In this document: one piece after another, positions 61,710-64,000 of the stretch
How positions within the stretch are numbered: position 1 is the stretch's first letter
Layout of the letters: the number at the start of each line of letters is the position of its first letter
Assembly (NCBI GenBank): GCA_045649455.1
Contig: JAZRPV010000058.1
Location: forward strand, 106 to 64,105
DNA from: Bacilli bacterium
GTDB lineage: Bacteria > Bacillota_I > Bacilli_A > RF39 > UBA660
Direction of reading: 5' to 3'
Length of the DNA: 64,000 bases
The notes under the pieces: generated by a model
Databases searched by the model: none
Told to the model about the DNA's origin: nothing
What the model saw: only the letters and a program-made list of their open reading frames with translations
Program-made: the position numbers and the translations under genes

Positions 61710-62178
61710 TTTTATCCCCTGCTTTGTTTTCTATTATATACCCTATTATCAATAGAAATGTTCCTACTGTAATAGCTACATCCGCTAAATTAAATACCGG
61801 AAAACTATATTTAAATATATCAAATGATAAGTAATCAATTACCGCATGATACATAATTCTATCAAATAAATTTCCTAATGTTCCACCTACTATTAAACCT
61901 AAGGAAACCATAGATAGATTTGTTATATTTTTTTCTTTTTTTATGTACTCTTTAATAATTATTAAACATAGACAGCTTACTACAATTAATAGTAACGTTT
62001 GATTTCCCAATATAGAGAATGCTGCTCCTGTATTTTTTACATAATATATAGAGAAAAAATTTTTTATTATTTTAATTTCTTGGTGTAGGTCCATGTTATT
62101 TACTACTAATACTTTTATTAGTTGATCAAGTATTAATACTATAAACGAAATTGAATAAATTAATTTTTTCTTAGTCAT
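61669..62178 (-). CDS. lspA: Lipoprotein signal peptidase (signal peptidase II)
   Basis: Four TM helices with NTGAAFS and FNLAD motifs. Confidence 0.9.
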   Translation of the reverse strand: MTKKKLIYSISFIVLILDQLIKVLVVNNMDLHQEIKIIKNFFSIYYVKNTGAAFSILGNQTLLLIVVSCLCLIIIKEYIKKEKNITNLSMVSLGLIVGGTLGNLFDRIMYHAVIDYLSFDIFKYSFPVFNLADVAITVGTFLLIIGYIIENKAGDKNERATKKIQNRNS

Positions 62179-64000
62179 TTTCTTCTCCTTCTAAATATTT
62201 TATTTTTTCAACAACTATTTGATATTGATCTAATCTTCTTTCCACAGTTCCTCTTACTTTTAGTAAGTCACCTTTGGAAATATTTGGATACATTTCATAA
62301 GTTTTTGGAAATAATGTATATTCTTGTGTTGATGTTTCATCACTACCCGTAAAGAATGCCATTTTATCACCTTTTTTAGTATTGATTGTTTTTGTTTTAT
62401 CCACAAGAACTAGTGTATCAATCTTCTTTCCAAAATTTTTATCCACAGAATTTAGTGGAATACAATATGGATTATCTTTCTTATACATTGTTGTTGGGTG
62501 TGATGATAAGTAGAATCCGAATGTTTCTTTTTCTTTTTCTAATAAGTATTGTTGATCATACTCATCTTTTATTTCTATATCTGGTTTCATTACTAGTGAT
62601 GGATCAATGTCTTTTGTAAGTTCAGCATAATTAAATAGACTATCTAAATTATAGATTAAGGTATTTCTATTATAATTATAAATATTAAATACATCAGCAT
62701 AGATTAGAGTTTCTAAATTTTTCTTACCTACTCCTGCAATATAAAGTCTACTTACACAATCATATATGTCTGTGAATGGATCTTGTTCTTTTGCTCTTCT
62801 TATGGAATCACATACAACAGTACCTATTGATTTTATATTTGATATTGGATAAATAATTTTATTATCTTTTACAATATATCTATTTTCTGACTCATTAATT
62901 GTAGGTTTAACTACATCAATCTTATTAGCTTTTGCTTCCATGATATACTCATGTGTTTTTGATTCACTACCTATTACATTTGTAAGTAAGTTAGCAAAGA
63001 ATATTGTCTTGTAATGAGTTTTTAAGTAAGCCATTTTATAAGCAATAATTGAATATGCTACTGAGTGAGATCTATTAAATCCATATCCTGCAAAGTTTAA
63101 TACTAAATTGAATATTTCTTTTGCTTGGTCATAGGTATGATTATTTTTCATGCTCTTTTCAATAAATTTCTCTTCTTCTGCTTTTAATAGTTCTAGTTTC
63201 TTTTTACTCATTGCACGTCTTAGTATGTCGGCTTCACCTAATGAATAGTTGGCGTAGATACTTGCTAGTTGAATAATTTGTTCTTGATATATAAATATTC
63301 CATATGTATTAGAAAGTATTTTTTCTAATGATGGATCTTGATATGTAATCTTTTCTTCTTTATGTTTTCTTTTTATATATGAATCAATATTTACAGCCGG
63401 ACCTGGTCTAAATAAGGCTATTGCTGCAAAGATATCTTCAAAAGTATTTGGTTTTAATCTTCTTATGAAGTTACGCATACCAGTTGATTCAAATTGGAAT
63501 ATTCCACTAGTATTGGCTGTTTCGAATATTTTTAATGTTTCTTTGTCATCTAATGGTATCTTTGAAAATTCTATTACTTCTCCTGTTTGTTCTTTTATAT
63601 CATTTAAAATATTATCAATAATAGTTAAGTTTTTTAGACCTAGGAAGTCCATTTTTAATAGCCCTAGTTCTTCTAGATATTCCATTGTATAACTTGTTAG
63701 ATACATATCATCTGATGTTGTAAGTGGGATTACTTCGTCAAGATCAACTTGACTCATTATAATACCGGCTGCATGAGATGATGTATGTCTTGGAAAACCT
63801 TCTAGTTTGGATGCTATTTTATACATATTTTTTAATGATGTATCACTGTCTACTCTAGCTTTAAATGATTGATTATTTTTATAAATATCCTCTATCGAAT
63901 CTTTTGTTGTTCCGGGTATAAATTTACATAATCCATCTACTTTATAGATTGGTATATTTAATACTCTCGATACATCTCTTATAACTTGTTTTGCTCCTAA
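62171..64000 (-). CDS. dnaE: DNA polymerase III alpha subunit DnaE, C-terminal part (gene runs off the right edge)
   Basis: FPRHTSSHAAGIIMS, LLKMDFLGLKNL, FQFES, a RAMSKKK-type segment and a C-terminal OB fold. The frame stays open upstream of the track's first Met (63826) to the window end. Confidence 0.92.
   Translation of the reverse strand, partial: LGAKQVIRDVSRVLNIPIYKVDGLCKFIPGTTKDSIEDIYKNNQSFKARVDSDTSLKNMYKIASKLEGFPRHTSSHAAGIIMSQVDLDEVIPLTTSDDMYLTSYTMEYLEELGLLKMDFLGLKNLTIIDNILNDIKEQTGEVIEFSKIPLDDKETLKIFETANTSGIFQFESTGMRNFIRRLKPNTFEDIFAAIALFRPGPAVNIDSYIKRKHKEEKITYQDPSLEKILSNTYGIFIYQEQIIQLASIYANYSLGEADILRRAMSKKKLELLKAEEEKFIEKSMKNNHTYDQAKEIFNLVLNFAGYGFNRSHSVAYSIIAYKMAYLKTHYKTIFFANLLTNVIGSESKTHEYIMEAKANKIDVVKPTINESENRYIVKDNKIIYPISNIKSIGTVVCDSIRRAKEQDPFTDIYDCVSRLYIAGVGKKNLETLIYADVFNIYNYNRNTLIYNLDSLFNYAELTKDIDPSLVMKPDIEIKDEYDQQYLLEKEKETFGFYLSSHPTTMYKKDNPYCIPLNSVDKNFGKKIDTLVLVDKTKTINTKKGDKMAFFTGSDETSTQEYTLFPKTYEMYPNISKGDLLKVRGTVERRLDQYQIVVEKIKYLEGEEND

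Noticed and set aside
1-64000. Alternative genetic code (UGA=Trp, as in Mollicutes relatives) or widespread pseudogenisation
   Set aside because: All conserved genes translate full-length with the standard bacterial code, and TGA is used as a stop (for example at the VirB4 N-fragment and the TadE-like gene). No interrupted housekeeping genes were seen.

Overview
AT-rich, low-GC Bacillota-type chromosomal window. All but three credible genes lie on the minus strand. Left block (1-18.5 kb) is housekeeping: partial U32 peptidase, rubrerythrin with a Fur/PerR-like regulator, a SpoVID-like/YsxE-like pair, Lon, trigger factor, a T-box-controlled gatCAB-aspS operon, trpS, RmuC, a DedA-like protein and a rhodanese. 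Centre (18.55-44.83 kb) is one ~26-kb co-directional cluster of 22 tightly packed ORFs, bounded by intrinsic terminators. Its 5' half is a Tad/Flp-type pilus module: CpaB-like, CpaF/TadA-like ATPase, TadB-like, TadC-like, a 55-aa Flp-like ORF absent from the ORF track, TadE-like and TadZ-like. Its 3' half is a Gram-positive-type T4SS module: two VirB2-like proteins, VirB6-like, PrgI/VirB3-like, a split VirB4, a SpoIID+Cys-peptidase wall hydrolase and a VirD4 coupling protein. The cluster also carries large Cys-rich surface proteins and a sortase-like gene. No relaxase, integrase, replication/partition gene, tRNA or CRISPR array is visible anywhere in the window, so the cluster looks like a chromosomal, domesticated composite machine rather than an ordinary ICE. 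This is the main finding. Right block (44.9-64 kb) is a Bacillus-like synteny block: greA, an HD dGTPase-like protein, a U32 pair (YrrO/YrrN-like), YrrM-like methyltransferase, MltG, DUF1292, RuvX and IreB. That block is interrupted by an NlpC/P60 hydrolase fused to a third VirB2-like hairpin. It is followed by a rhomboid protease, a TspO-like protein, a hybrid histidine kinase, an AMP-ligase, a NUDIX hydrolase, RluD-like synthase, LspA and the 3' part of dnaE. All calls come from reading the translations and DNA by eye. No database search was run.
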